Virus record (IMG/VR): IMGVR_UViG_3300037467_000541
Location: 1-46,412 of that record
Direction: 5' to 3' (one strand)
DNA: 46,412 nt
DNA from: a virus
Taxonomy: Duplodnaviria > Caudoviricetes
Shown here: in pieces, positions 15,563-24,034 of the stretch
How positions within the stretch are numbered: the first letter of the stretch is position 1
How the letters are laid out: the number at the start of each line of letters is the position of its first letter
Position numbers and translations under genes: made by a program
Notes under the pieces: model-generated
Database searches by the model: none
What the model saw: the letters and a program-made list of their open reading frames with translations, nothing else
Told to the model about the DNA's origin: nothing

Positions 15563-18097
15563 TTAGGCAAAGAAGAAGTCCGACTGCTTCACGGCCTCCA
15601 GGTCCAGGTCGCCCACCGGGGGAACCGGGGGGATCTTCTCGGCCAGCTCAGGCTTCACCATGCGGAGCTGCTCGACGATCTCCTCGCGGAAGTGTTCGAG
15701 CACCGGCTGGCTGTACTGGTCGACGAACGCCTCGCGCAGAACTGCGTTGAGAAGCGTCGTGTCAGCCGCGTGCACGCCGAAGGAGTCGTGGATCATGGCG
15801 AAGTGGTGGATGCCGTTGGCCGTTGCGAGGTTGACCGTGTTCAACAGGTGCGAGGCATCGAGCGAGTGCACGAAGTTCGGCGCGACGCCGCTGCCCTGGC
15901 GCCGGCTCGACAGCTTCGAGGAGTCCGACTTCAGCGCGAAGCGGATCCGCTTGCCCCCGACGAAGACCTTGAGGATGCTCTCGGTCTGCTCGCGATAGTC
16001 CTGCAACACCGGCAGCCCGATGGGCGACGTCCAGCGCAGCGGGATTCCTGCCTGCACGGCGATGTCGGCGACGTCCTGGAGCCAGTCCATCGCGCGCCGC
16101 GCCGCGACGACGGTATCGCCGAGCGCGTCCCACACCAGGTTCGACATATAGAGCGCGGCCTTGTACCGGTCGACGTGCTCCGGCAGGTACGCGCCGTGCT
16201 CCTCGTCCAGCTTGTGCAGCGCGTGTTCGATCTGCCCCTTCATGCCGTACCGCGTGGCCGAGTAGCACAGCGTCATCGTCGGCTGCTTGGCGACCTTGCG
16301 GCACACCTTGCCCTGCCACGCTTGCGCCATGTAGTCATCGGTTCCCCCGAGGCAACCATTTGACAAAGCCTGGGCGCGCTCGGCAACCATCGAGTAGATG
16401 TCCGAGGGTCTTTCGGCCGGTACCAGGTTCACCGCAGCGCCGCCGACGGGATCGCGCAAGAGCGCCGAGTAGTGCTGAAGGCCCGAGCATGAGCCGTCCA
16501 TTGCGATAGGCAGGTGCGAGACGTGCGCGTTGCCGTTGAGCTTGTATCCGAGCCAGTCGTAGCACGCGGCGATGGCCTGAAACGGTTTCTCCGCCGTCGT
16601 CCAGAAGCGCGACTCTTGCGGATCGAGCGCGCTCGCCATGATCTCTTCCTCGTGCTCGTGCGTCCACGCGACGCGCTCGTCGAAGGACACCTTGTCGATG
16701 CCCCACAGGCCGGCGATGTGCACCGCGAGCCAGAACGCGCCGTCTTCGCCCAGCGGTTTGCCGTCGGCGAACTCCAGCATCGCGCGGCCGACGTCATCGG
16801 CCTGCGGGTTGAGGTAAGACGCCATCGGGTAGATGCGCCCGCGGAAGTCAAGGTAGTGCGGGAAGTAGATCGCTCGCTCGTCGAGGAAGCGGTACGCGAC
16901 GTAAAGCTTCTGCGACAGGATCACGCGATCCTTTTCGTTCGCCTCGTTCTTCGCGTGCACCTTCGAGGCTTCGGCCTTCCACACCGTCATCGCCTCGCGC
17001 TGCATGGTCGTCATGTCCTTGACCTTCAGCCCTTTCGGGATCCCGACGGGCAGCGGAGGCATCGGGTAGTCGTTTTCGCGCGGCAGGCCCTTGACTGCGC
17101 CACCGCCGCGGGACATCTCCTCCTCGATCACGCCGAGCACGGCCCGATTGATGCGCCAGGGTGTGCGCTGCACGGCGTTCACCGCCGAGAGCACGCGCGT
17201 CAGGTCGACGCCTCCGAGTTCGTCGAGGTAGCCGCGGCTGCGAGTGCGGACCAGCTTCGGCCGGATGACGTCCGTCAGGTAGCCGCCCGAGTACGGGGTG
17301 CGCCAGTCGCGCGGCGGCGCCACCATCGGCAGATGGATCGGCGACAGCAGCTCGCAGCGCCCGTGCATGGACTCCAGCCAGCTCACCGTCTCGGGACGGA
17401 ACACGAGGAACTGCGGGTCGCGCTTGCGGCCCACACTGCGCTGCTCGATGTTGAACAGCTCGGTCGCGTCGAGGGCCAGCTCGACCAGCTTGGTCCCCAG
17501 CAGGATCTTCTCGCGCTTCGACCACGACAGGCTCGCGAGCTGGTACTTCTCGCGGACGTGGGAGAGCACGCCGAGCCGGTGCTTCGCCGAGGTCGACGTT
17601 GCGAGCTGGCGCTCCAACTTCGCGTACAGCCCGCCGTGGTCCTTCGACAGGCGGAGCATCTCCAGGTGCTCGTAGAGCGCGTCGCCCACGTTGTAGGCGA
17701 TGGCGGCCAGGGTCAGGCCGGCGCTCGCCCCGTTGATGGCGTGGCGCGCGGTGAGGTAGGCGGCCTGGAGCGGGTCGACGTTGGCGAGGTAGGGCAGGGC
17801 GCTGTGCTTCTTGCCGGCCTTGCCCGAGCTGGCTTCGACGATGAACTGCTCGATGGACTCGGCGATGGGCTCGACGATCTCGCGAAGCAGGGTCTTGCCG
17901 GGCGCGAGGTCGGCCTCCTCCTTCCGGCCGGGGTCGCGTGCCTGCCACGGCAGCGGCTTCTCGGCGCGGTAGCGGGTGCGCCCGAGCGCCACCGCCTCCT
18001 GCTCGATCTCGGCCTGACGCTCTTCGAGGGTCGTCCCCTCATCGAGCATGTTCAGCAGTCGGTCCCTCTCGGGATCGAAGGATTCCGTGTCGTACAT
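15563..18097 (-). CDS. gp1: Single-subunit DNA-directed RNA polymerase (T7 gp1-like), 844 aa
   Basis: DFRGRIYP, DGSCSGLQH, RKVAKQPTMTLCYS, APNFVHSLDASH, IHDSFG, C-terminal FFFA; ATG at 18097 after the AAGGGAGA SD. Confidence 0.97.
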   Translation of the reverse strand: MYDTESFDPERDRLLNMLDEGTTLEERQAEIEQEAVALGRTRYRAEKPLPWQARDPGRKEEADLAPGKTLLREIVEPIAESIEQFIVEASSGKAGKKHSALPYLANVDPLQAAYLTARHAINGASAGLTLAAIAYNVGDALYEHLEMLRLSKDHGGLYAKLERQLATSTSAKHRLGVLSHVREKYQLASLSWSKREKILLGTKLVELALDATELFNIEQRSVGRKRDPQFLVFRPETVSWLESMHGRCELLSPIHLPMVAPPRDWRTPYSGGYLTDVIRPKLVRTRSRGYLDELGGVDLTRVLSAVNAVQRTPWRINRAVLGVIEEEMSRGGGAVKGLPRENDYPMPPLPVGIPKGLKVKDMTTMQREAMTVWKAEASKVHAKNEANEKDRVILSQKLYVAYRFLDERAIYFPHYLDFRGRIYPMASYLNPQADDVGRAMLEFADGKPLGEDGAFWLAVHIAGLWGIDKVSFDERVAWTHEHEEEIMASALDPQESRFWTTAEKPFQAIAACYDWLGYKLNGNAHVSHLPIAMDGSCSGLQHYSALLRDPVGGAAVNLVPAERPSDIYSMVAERAQALSNGCLGGTDDYMAQAWQGKVCRKVAKQPTMTLCYSATRYGMKGQIEHALHKLDEEHGAYLPEHVDRYKAALYMSNLVWDALGDTVVAARRAMDWLQDVADIAVQAGIPLRWTSPIGLPVLQDYREQTESILKVFVGGKRIRFALKSDSSKLSSRRQGSGVAPNFVHSLDASHLLNTVNLATANGIHHFAMIHDSFGVHAADTTLLNAVLREAFVDQYSQPVLEHFREEIVEQLRMVKPELAEKIPPVPPVGDLDLEAVKQSDFFFA

Positions 18098-18138
18098 AGT
18101 GGTCTCCCTTGTGGCTATGGGGCTCTGCCCCTTCGCAG

Positions 18139-18157
18139 CTCTCCCTGGCCCTAATCG
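18139..18157 (-). promoter_or_regulatory. Putative phage RNAP promoter upstream of the RNAP gene itself
   Basis: Exact 19-bp motif about 40 bp upstream of the start codon. Confidence 0.72.
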
Positions 18158-18171
18158 AGCGCGGGAAAATC

Positions 18172-18187
18172 GTTGCCCCGAGGCAAC
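18172..18187. promoter_or_regulatory. Putative operator GTTGCC-N4-GGCAAC
   Basis: Perfect palindrome 14 bp from the promoter motif. Confidence 0.6.
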
Positions 18188-18190
18188 CAT

Positions 18191-18416
18191 CTGTGCCACG
18201 GGGTGTGTCCAGACGCGGCACACCGGCCGAAACTGTGCCGGCTGTGCCAAGTCCGAAAGCGCTAAGTGATTGGTATCGCTAGACGACCGCTGGATTTAGG
18301 TTGCCCAGCGGTCCCCCCTAAGCAGTTGATTCAGTGGACTTTCGGCGCCGAAACTGTGTCATCTCGCACTGGAGCGGCGAAACCGGTGTTAATGGTTGCC
18401 TCCAGTTTTGACACAG
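18191..18416. other. attP: Putative attP site
   Basis: Core CTGGA-TTTAGGT-T (~18290-18302) inside the inverted repeat GACCGCTGG/CCAGCGGTC. IHF-like sites at 18263-18275 and 18319-18331. Arm-like CTGTGYC repeats, including GCCGAAACTGTG at 18226 and 18347. Adjacent to the integrase 3' end. Confidence 0.75.
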
Positions 18417-19479
18417 CCGTATGCGCCTCCAGCGCGGCGAGCGCGACGCCCATGCTCGACGGGGCCAGGTGCGCGTACCGCTCGGTCGTCTTGATCGAGG
18501 TGTGCCCCAGCCAGTCGCGGACCATGTAGAGGGATACGCCCGCCTGCACCAGCCGGCTCGCGCAGGTATGGCGCAGGGTGTGAAGGGTCACGCCCTTGAT
18601 CTTTGCCCGCTCGCACGCCGTGCGGAACCGCAGGCCCATCCAATGCGTCGTCGAGTAGGCCGGGTTCTTGGCCCGCTCCTGGAGATAGGCGTGCACCGGC
18701 GACGCCAGGATCTTGTCGAGGCTGGCCCTGGCCCGTGTGGTGAGCGGCACGGTCCGGCCGCGATCATTCTTCGTGGACCCGTGCGGGAGCCACACCTTGT
18801 CCCCGAGGTCTTGCTCGGGCGTCAGCATGGCCTCGCTGGCCCGGAGGCCGGTGTCCAGCAGGAAGGGGACCATCGCCAGCATGTACTGCGCGTCGGCGTC
18901 TCCCGGCGCCGCGTAAGCGGCCATGGACGACAGCAGCCGCTCCTCCTCGCCCGTGGTGAGGTAGCGCTCCTTCAGGTTGCGCTCCTTCCATCGGGGGAAC
19001 GGCGGCAACGACTCGATCTCGCCGCGGAGCTTCGCGTCGTTCATCGCCGCGTGGATGCAGGACATCTTTCGGTTGCGCGTGGCCGGTGCATCGCCGTCCC
19101 GCTCCAGCTCGTGACCGTAATCGAGGAGCCGCTGGTATGTGATCGACTTCAGCGGCCAGTAGCCGATGTCTCGGATGAGCTGCTGCACGACGTAGCGCCG
19201 CTCGCGCGCCGACTTTTGATCGGACCAGCGGTCGGCCATCGACTTCTGGAGCGCGTACGCGAGGTTCACCGCATTGCCCGCTTGCTTGCGAGCTTCGGTG
19301 AGCGTGACGGTGCCCAGGAGATGCTCTCGCATCTTTTCGGCAGCAGCTAGTGTGGCGAGCGAGCGCCCTTCGTCAGGCAGACGACGGTCGACCTTTACAC
19401 CGGTCGACAAGCGCTGCCGTTCGTTCGCGGAATCAACGAAGTGGACTTGCCACATTCCTCCGCGCTTGATGAGCTTCAT
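18331..19479 (-). CDS. int: Tyrosine recombinase / phage integrase
   Basis: TGLRASE (R), STKN (K), HTLRHT (HxxR), LGH, TERYAH (Y). Confidence 0.95.
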   Translation of the reverse strand: MKLIKRGGMWQVHFVDSANERQRLSTGVKVDRRLPDEGRSLATLAAAEKMREHLLGTVTLTEARKQAGNAVNLAYALQKSMADRWSDQKSARERRYVVQQLIRDIGYWPLKSITYQRLLDYGHELERDGDAPATRNRKMSCIHAAMNDAKLRGEIESLPPFPRWKERNLKERYLTTGEEERLLSSMAAYAAPGDADAQYMLAMVPFLLDTGLRASEAMLTPEQDLGDKVWLPHGSTKNDRGRTVPLTTRARASLDKILASPVHAYLQERAKNPAYSTTHWMGLRFRTACERAKIKGVTLHTLRHTCASRLVQAGVSLYMVRDWLGHTSIKTTERYAHLAPSSMGVALAALEAHTAVSKLEATINTGFAAPVRDDTVSAPKVH

Positions 19480-19509
19480 TTGGGTGGTCTCCCTTGCGTT
19501 GCATCTGTA

Positions 19510-19875
19510 TCACTCGCCGCGGCCAAATGCCCGCTTCATCGCGCGAGTTAGTATCCGCTCGCCTTCCTTAGATAGGCTCACGACGCGATTCCGCATGTCA
19601 TTAGGATCGAGGTCGACGGTTAGCATTCCTAGGCCATCCTCGCGCTTTACCGCACCAGCAGAGCCAGCTAGGTTCGCAATGATCTTCGAGAGGGTGGGCT
19701 TTAATAGATCGGCCTCGTCCGCAAGTTGCTGTTGATTCGTAGGTACGCCCCCACGCGCCCCGACACTCAGCAGGACAAGTGCCTGCCGAAGTGTCAGGTC
19801 GTGCGAGGTGCTATCGGCGATCTCCTTCAACGCCCTACGGACGGTCGCGATCTGCATGGTGGTGGTGTGGTCCAT
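19510..19875 (-). CDS. MarR-family winged-helix regulator (candidate repressor)
   Basis: LTLRQALVL...QQQLA...KPTLSKIIANL...DPNDMRNRVVSLSKEG. Confidence 0.85.
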   Translation of the reverse strand: MDHTTTMQIATVRRALKEIADSTSHDLTLRQALVLLSVGARGGVPTNQQQLADEADLLKPTLSKIIANLAGSAGAVKREDGLGMLTVDLDPNDMRNRVVSLSKEGERILTRAMKRAFGRGE

Positions 19876-20026
19876 CGTTCCTCGTTTTCCTTACACTGAA
19901 AATGAAACGCCTACCCCCGAGTACCAGCGTGTATGTTGTTTCCCGCTCAGTTGCGGTCCTTGTGAATCCTTCCTCGACTTCCTCTCCGGCCAACAATCCC
20001 TCGACGGCGAAGTCCACGTTTTTCAT
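19835..20026 (-). CDS. Hypothetical protein (63 aa)
   Basis: TAAGGA SD; overlaps the repressor start. Confidence 0.45.
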   Translation of the reverse strand: MKNVDFAVEGLLAGEEVEEGFTRTATERETTYTLVLGGRRFIFSVRKTRNDGPHHHHADRDRP

Positions 20027-20065
20027 AGATGCGTTTCCTTAGGCTCTCTCACTAAAAAGCCATAG

Positions 20066-20081
20066 GGGCACGCCGCTTGCC
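20066..20081 (+). promoter_or_regulatory. sigma54-type promoter for candidate sRNA-1
   Basis: GGGCACGCCGCTTGCC matches GG-N10-GC / GGCACG-N4-TTGC; predicted +1 ~20092. Confidence 0.6.
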
Positions 20082-20091
20082 CGCATCCCAG

Positions 20092-20244
20092 CGGGTTCGG
20101 TTTCCAGTCTAAAGCGGTCTCCCTTGTGGCAACAAGTTCCCAGCGTCAACTTCCGACAGCCGGAAACCGGACTGCCGATGTAGCACGGTGGCCGGGGCGT
20201 CGGAACATGACGGTGGTCACAATTCCGACGAGCGGCCCCTTTTT
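20092..20244 (+). ncRNA. Candidate antisense sRNA-1 carrying the anti-RBS seed GGUCUCCCUUGUGGC
   Basis: 11-bp closing stem 20095-20105/20162-20172 with a G-U pair on +, seed at 20116-20130, then a long hairpin 20194-20239 and T5. Confidence 0.65.
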
Positions 20245-20295
20245 GGTTTCTGCCGGGTTTAACCCTTCAGGCGCGCGGCATTAACTGAGGCCGCT

Positions 20296-20496
20296 CTACG
20301 CACCCTCCTGCGTCATCTCGTCGATGACAATGGTTTCCTTGTCGCCACGGGTCACGCCGCTCTCCCGCAAGAAGCGGGCGCGGTCGAACCTGGGATTGGT
20401 ACCGGCGAGCGCGGTTGCCAGAGCCGCGACCACACTAGGTCGCGCCTTTGCCTCCCGCAGGGTGCCGGCGATGAGTTGGAAGTCACGCCGAGTCAT
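20296..20496 (-). CDS. Hypothetical early protein (66 aa)
   Basis: GGGAGACC SD; MTRRDFQLIA...TNPRFDRARFL. Confidence 0.75.
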   Translation of the reverse strand: MTRRDFQLIAGTLREAKARPSVVAALATALAGTNPRFDRARFLRESGVTRGDKETIVIDEMTQEGA

Positions 20497-20665
20497 CGTT
20501 GAGGTCTCCCGGCTCGAACTCCATCGGGGAGCCGCACAGGTCGCACTCGGGCACATGCCCGCCGCGCAAGATGTCGGAGAGCGCTTCGTCGATTGCGCGG
20601 CACTTCGGGTTGGTGCACTGGGTCTCGATCCAGCGCAGCTTTCGTTTTGCGGCGTAGCTACTCAC
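20483..20665 (-). CDS. Small zinc-finger protein (60 aa)
   Basis: CTNPKC...CDLC; GGAGG SD; GTGA coupling. Confidence 0.6.
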   Translation of the reverse strand: MSSYAAKRKLRWIETQCTNPKCRAIDEALSDILRGGHVPECDLCGSPMEFEPGDLNDDSA

Positions 20666-21330
20666 GACACGCCCTCCGCGAACTGCAACAGGTAGTCGAC
20701 TGCGGCTTCGGCCTTCGGGAGCGCCGCGCGCCACGCCGCTTCGGCCTTGGCGGGCGACCCGAGCGAAACCGTCCAGTTGAGCAGGTAGGCCGCACGCTCT
20801 TGGTACTGCGGGTCCGCACCGATGGCGTCGAGCAGCAGCGCCGATCCGATCTCGGCGATCAGCTCTTCCTCGGCGTAGCCGTCCGGCTTGATGTCGTGCG
20901 CCCGCTCGAAGAGCGTTTGCCCGATGGCAGGACGCGACATGCGGCCAGCTTCCTGCGTCCAGTGGATCAGCTCGTGCGCCAGTGTCGCGACGCGATCCGC
21001 TTCACTGCGGAATGCTTCGGGCATCGGCTGGAGAATCCACAGGGAGCCGAAGGGGACCGGCTCGCCTCTCTTGAGGGCGCTATTGAACGCGGCGACATTC
21101 GCCGACTCGACGCCGCCGTAGTAGATCGGCGGGCGCGCGTTTGCGAGGATCGCATCGAGCGTCCGATAGCCGGTCGGGATGTAGTAGCCGAGGTCGGTAG
21201 GCGGTGGCGCGTTGTGGTCGCGACGGATGAAGTCGTCCGTTTCTCCGTGCGCCCGCGCCCACGCGGGATCGGTTGCCTTCAGCGTTCGGAACAAACGCTC
21301 CTCGGCCGGGTAATAGTCGTGGTGTTTCAT
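20662..21330 (-). CDS. ArdC-like zincin metallopeptidase (MPTase-type) domain protein
   Basis: TLAHELIHWT...YAEEELIAEIGS...AAYL..W. Confidence 0.8.
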   Translation of the reverse strand: MKHHDYYPAEERLFRTLKATDPAWARAHGETDDFIRRDHNAPPPTDLGYYIPTGYRTLDAILANARPPIYYGGVESANVAAFNSALKRGEPVPFGSLWILQPMPEAFRSEADRVATLAHELIHWTQEAGRMSRPAIGQTLFERAHDIKPDGYAEEELIAEIGSALLLDAIGADPQYQERAAYLLNWTVSLGSPAKAEAAWRAALPKAEAAVDYLLQFAEGVS

Positions 21331-21405
21331 GGTGGGTGGTCTCCCTTGTCCGGGCGTGCTTGCCCGCATCGGCGCCCGCGTGTGCAGGCGCCGAAACTGG
21401 TCAGC

Positions 21406-21729
21406 TCACTTCGCGTCGTGGATCAGGCGCGTGGTCGTGCGGTTGGCCTCCAGCCAATCCGTCACCAGCGGCAGCGCGCGTTCGTAATCGCGGCCGGCGA
21501 CGGTAAGCCAGCGCTTGCCCGCGAATACGTTGGACGTGGTGCCGAAGCGCACGCGCGAGCGGATGCGCGCAGGACGCAGGACCTCGGCGCGCACGCGCTC
21601 GATCTCTGCGCGCGACTCGTCCGAGCGTGCGGGGCTATCCGGCGCCATGCCGGTGTCACTCGCGCCCGCTACTGCGTACTGCGGTATCCAGTAGCCGCGC
21701 CATCCGTCGATTTTGTGGAAGCGGATCAC
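21406..21729 (-). CDS. Hypothetical early protein (107 aa)
   Basis: GGGAG SD; GTGA coupling. Confidence 0.7.
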   Translation of the reverse strand: MIRFHKIDGWRGYWIPQYAVAGASDTGMAPDSPARSDESRAEIERVRAEVLRPARIRSRVRFGTTSNVFAGKRWLTVAGRDYERALPLVTDWLEANRTTTRLIHDAK

Positions 21730-22004
21730 GACACGCGCTCCCGCAACAGCGCGCGGTTGAACTGAATCGTCCCTTCGCGAGAGCGCTGGTCGCCCTTCGG
21801 CATCTGCGCGCCGTAGTGCGCCATGACGTTTTCGAGCGTCGCTGTTGTCAGGTCCAGCGCATCGGCGAAGACCTCGAAGTCTGCCCGCGCCAGTCGCGCC
21901 TCACGCGCACGTTTGGCGGCGCGAATAGAACGCTCTTCTGCGAGCGCACGCGCGCCCTTGCCCGCGCCGGGGCCGATTCCGTTGATTGCCTTGATGGTGT
22001 GCAT
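21726..22004 (-). CDS. Hypothetical early protein (92 aa)
   Basis: Starts at a repeat-borne RBS. Confidence 0.75.
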   Translation of the reverse strand: MHTIKAINGIGPGAGKGARALAEERSIRAAKRAREARLARADFEVFADALDLTTATLENVMAHYGAQMPKGDQRSREGTIQFNRALLRERVS

Positions 22005-22075
22005 GGTGGTCTCCCTTGTTCGGCCAACGTCGGCCGGTGATGCGCCCGCCGAAACAGGCGCATCCCCTGCGAACG

Positions 22076-22561
22076 TCAGCGCTCGCAGCCGCGCACGAAT
22101 GCGCGCACGAACGGCCGCGGTTCGCGCTGGTCTCGCGAGTGCTCCGCATCGCGCGACGGCTCGGAATCCGCCGCGGTGATGGCCGCAAACGCATTCGCGA
22201 TGAACTCCGGGTCGACCGTCGCGGATTCGATACGCGCAACGGCGTCCGCAGTCGTGCCCGCATACCTGCCGTCCTGCGGAATGGCGACGATCTCGTCGTC
22301 ATCGGCGCCCTCGGAGTCGTAGTCGACGATTGCGACGTCGACCGGCACGGTGCCGTCAGACAGTACGGCTTGGACAAGCCCGCCTTCGAGGTTCACCAGG
22401 ACGCGCACGGGCTGCTGAAGCGCACGCTCGGCTTGCGCGTGCAGCGTTGCCCAGTCTCCGTGCGTCGCCCACTCTTCCGGGTTCGTGACGCGCTGGAGAT
22501 GCTCAACGGTTCGCATGTAGTCGCGGAGCGCGTCCGCGACGGTGGTAGGTGTTGCTCGCAT
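22076..22561 (-). CDS. Hypothetical early protein (161 aa), acidic core
   Basis: Starts at a repeat-borne RBS; VLVNLEGGLVQAV...VAIVDYD. Confidence 0.75.
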   Translation of the reverse strand: MRATPTTVADALRDYMRTVEHLQRVTNPEEWATHGDWATLHAQAERALQQPVRVLVNLEGGLVQAVLSDGTVPVDVAIVDYDSEGADDDEIVAIPQDGRYAGTTADAVARIESATVDPEFIANAFAAITAADSEPSRDAEHSRDQREPRPFVRAFVRGCER

Positions 22562-22632
22562 TGGTGGTCTCCCTTGTACGGCCAATGGCGGCCGGTGATG
22601 CCCGCGACATGCACGGGCATCCCCTGCGGTCA

Positions 22633-22833
22633 TCAGTGCGTCATGCGACGGTGCACATAGCCCGCCTCGATCAGCGCGGCAGCGGTGCGCCCGTAGTGGC
22701 CTTGCAGTTGCCACACGGTGCCGTCGTCGACGAGCGACTGGAAAAACGCGACCATCTCGTCGCGGTCCATCTCGCCCGCCTCGTACTGCATGATTTGGAA
22801 AACGCGGTCCGGGTGTGTTTCTGCGGTTTTCAT
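22633..22833 (-). CDS. Hypothetical early protein (66 aa)
   Basis: Repeat-borne RBS; IMQYEAGEM...FQSLVDDGTVWQLQGHYGRTA. Confidence 0.8.
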   Translation of the reverse strand: MKTAETHPDRVFQIMQYEAGEMDRDEMVAFFQSLVDDGTVWQLQGHYGRTAAALIEAGYVHRRMTH

Positions 22834-22907
22834 GGGTGGTCTCCCTTGTGGTTCCCCGTGGGGAACCGTTGCGGTGATGGCGAAGGTAGCGCACAGGCTA
22901 CCACGGG

Positions 22908-23261
22908 TCAAGCGGCTGCACGCGCAGGCGCCGGTGCGGTGACGAAGTAGCCCGCGACCGCTTCAACTTCGAGCACTACGGATTCCTGCCCGAAGGCTTC
23001 GCGCACGCGCTCTGCGGTCTCTACCGGGTCCCTGCGGCCGGACACGTCGTCGGCCAGGATCACGAACCGCTTGCCCGCTTCCGTGACTAGCTCGCCTTTG
23101 CCGTTGACCCATCCGCCGTAGGTGTCGGTTTCCGTGTAGCCCCCGAAGGTGGCCGCAAGGTCGCCGCGCACGGCGGCGAGGACGGTGGCGAGCGTGCCCG
23201 CGTCGATAGGTTCGCCGGAAGCGTCGAAGCCTGCGCCGGTGGTGATGGTAATGCGTTGCAT
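22908..23261 (-). CDS. Hypothetical early protein (117 aa)
   Basis: Repeat-borne RBS; FGGYT...GGW...FGQESV. Confidence 0.78.
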   Translation of the reverse strand: MQRITITTGAGFDASGEPIDAGTLATVLAAVRGDLAATFGGYTETDTYGGWVNGKGELVTEAGKRFVILADDVSGRRDPVETAERVREAFGQESVVLEVEAVAGYFVTAPAPARAAA

Positions 23262-23335
23262 GGTGGTCTCCCTTGTTCGGCCGACGGTGGCCGGTGATGC
23301 CCGCGACGGTGCGCCGTGGGCATCCCCTGCAATCG

Positions 23336-23575
23336 TCAAGCGTTCTCGGCGATGTCACGTTCCCACGCGCGGCGGATCAGGTCGCGCGCTGCGTCGATCA
23401 CGTCACGCGCTGCTGCGCGCTCGTCGCGCCAGTACAGGAAGCGTTGCAGGCTTAAGCGTGGCGACGCTTTGCGAAGGGCGCGCAGGCGCACCACGTCGCG
23501 CGCGTCGCGCTCTGCGCGGATCGTCTCCGCTTGATCGAGCGTCACGGGTTCCCATGCGGTGAGTGTCGGTTCCAT
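23336..23575 (-). CDS. Hypothetical early protein (79 aa)
   Basis: Bounded exactly by two repeats. Confidence 0.72.
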   Translation of the reverse strand: MEPTLTAWEPVTLDQAETIRAERDARDVVRLRALRKASPRLSLQRFLYWRDERAAARDVIDAARDLIRRAWERDIAENA

Positions 23576-23646
23576 GGTGGGTCTCCCTTGTGCGGCCGAC
23601 GGTGGCCGGTGATGCGCCCCACGCGGAGGCGCATCCCCTGCAATCG

Positions 23647-24033
23647 TCAGGACAGCGCGAGCGCGGACAGGATCACGATTAGCTGCGCCTCGGGCGTGCA
23701 CAGCGCGTTGCTCACGAACTGCGACCAGCTCCAAGGCTGTCCCGCTTGCTTCGCGCGTGCGCCCGGCAACGTGTCGCCGATGTACGCACCCAGCATGATC
23801 GGCAGCAGCAGGACCGCGGCGAGATGCCAGAGCACGCCCGACACCAGCCCGAGACCTCCGCAGAACTCGCCACCGATCACGGCATAGGCGAGCGGGCGCG
23901 GAACGTGCGTGGTCCGGCAAATGAAGGGGACCACGCGCGAGCGCACGGCCGGAAGGAAGCATTTACGCGCGCCGGTCACGGCGAAAAAGACACCCGTGGA
24001 AACGCGCAGGACATCGAGCGCGAGCGCATCCAT
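23647..24033 (-). CDS. DoxX-like membrane protein
   Basis: LRVSTGVFFAVTGARK...EFCGGLGLVSG...AAVLLLPIMLGA; GGAGGT SD. Confidence 0.7.
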   Translation of the reverse strand: MDALALDVLRVSTGVFFAVTGARKCFLPAVRSRVVPFICRTTHVPRPLAYAVIGGEFCGGLGLVSGVLWHLAAVLLLPIMLGAYIGDTLPGARAKQAGQPWSWSQFVSNALCTPEAQLIVILSALALS

Positions 24034-24034
24034 A

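Noticed and set aside
18182-18199. sigma54 promoter upstream of RNAP (TGGCACAGATGGTTGC)
   Set aside because: GG-to-GC spacing is 11 rather than the strict 10. It is better explained as an arm-type repeat next to the operator.
20075-21370. Shared 13-mer GCTTGCCCGCATC at 20075 and 21358
   Set aside because: Only two copies in different contexts, so it cannot be distinguished from chance without relatives.
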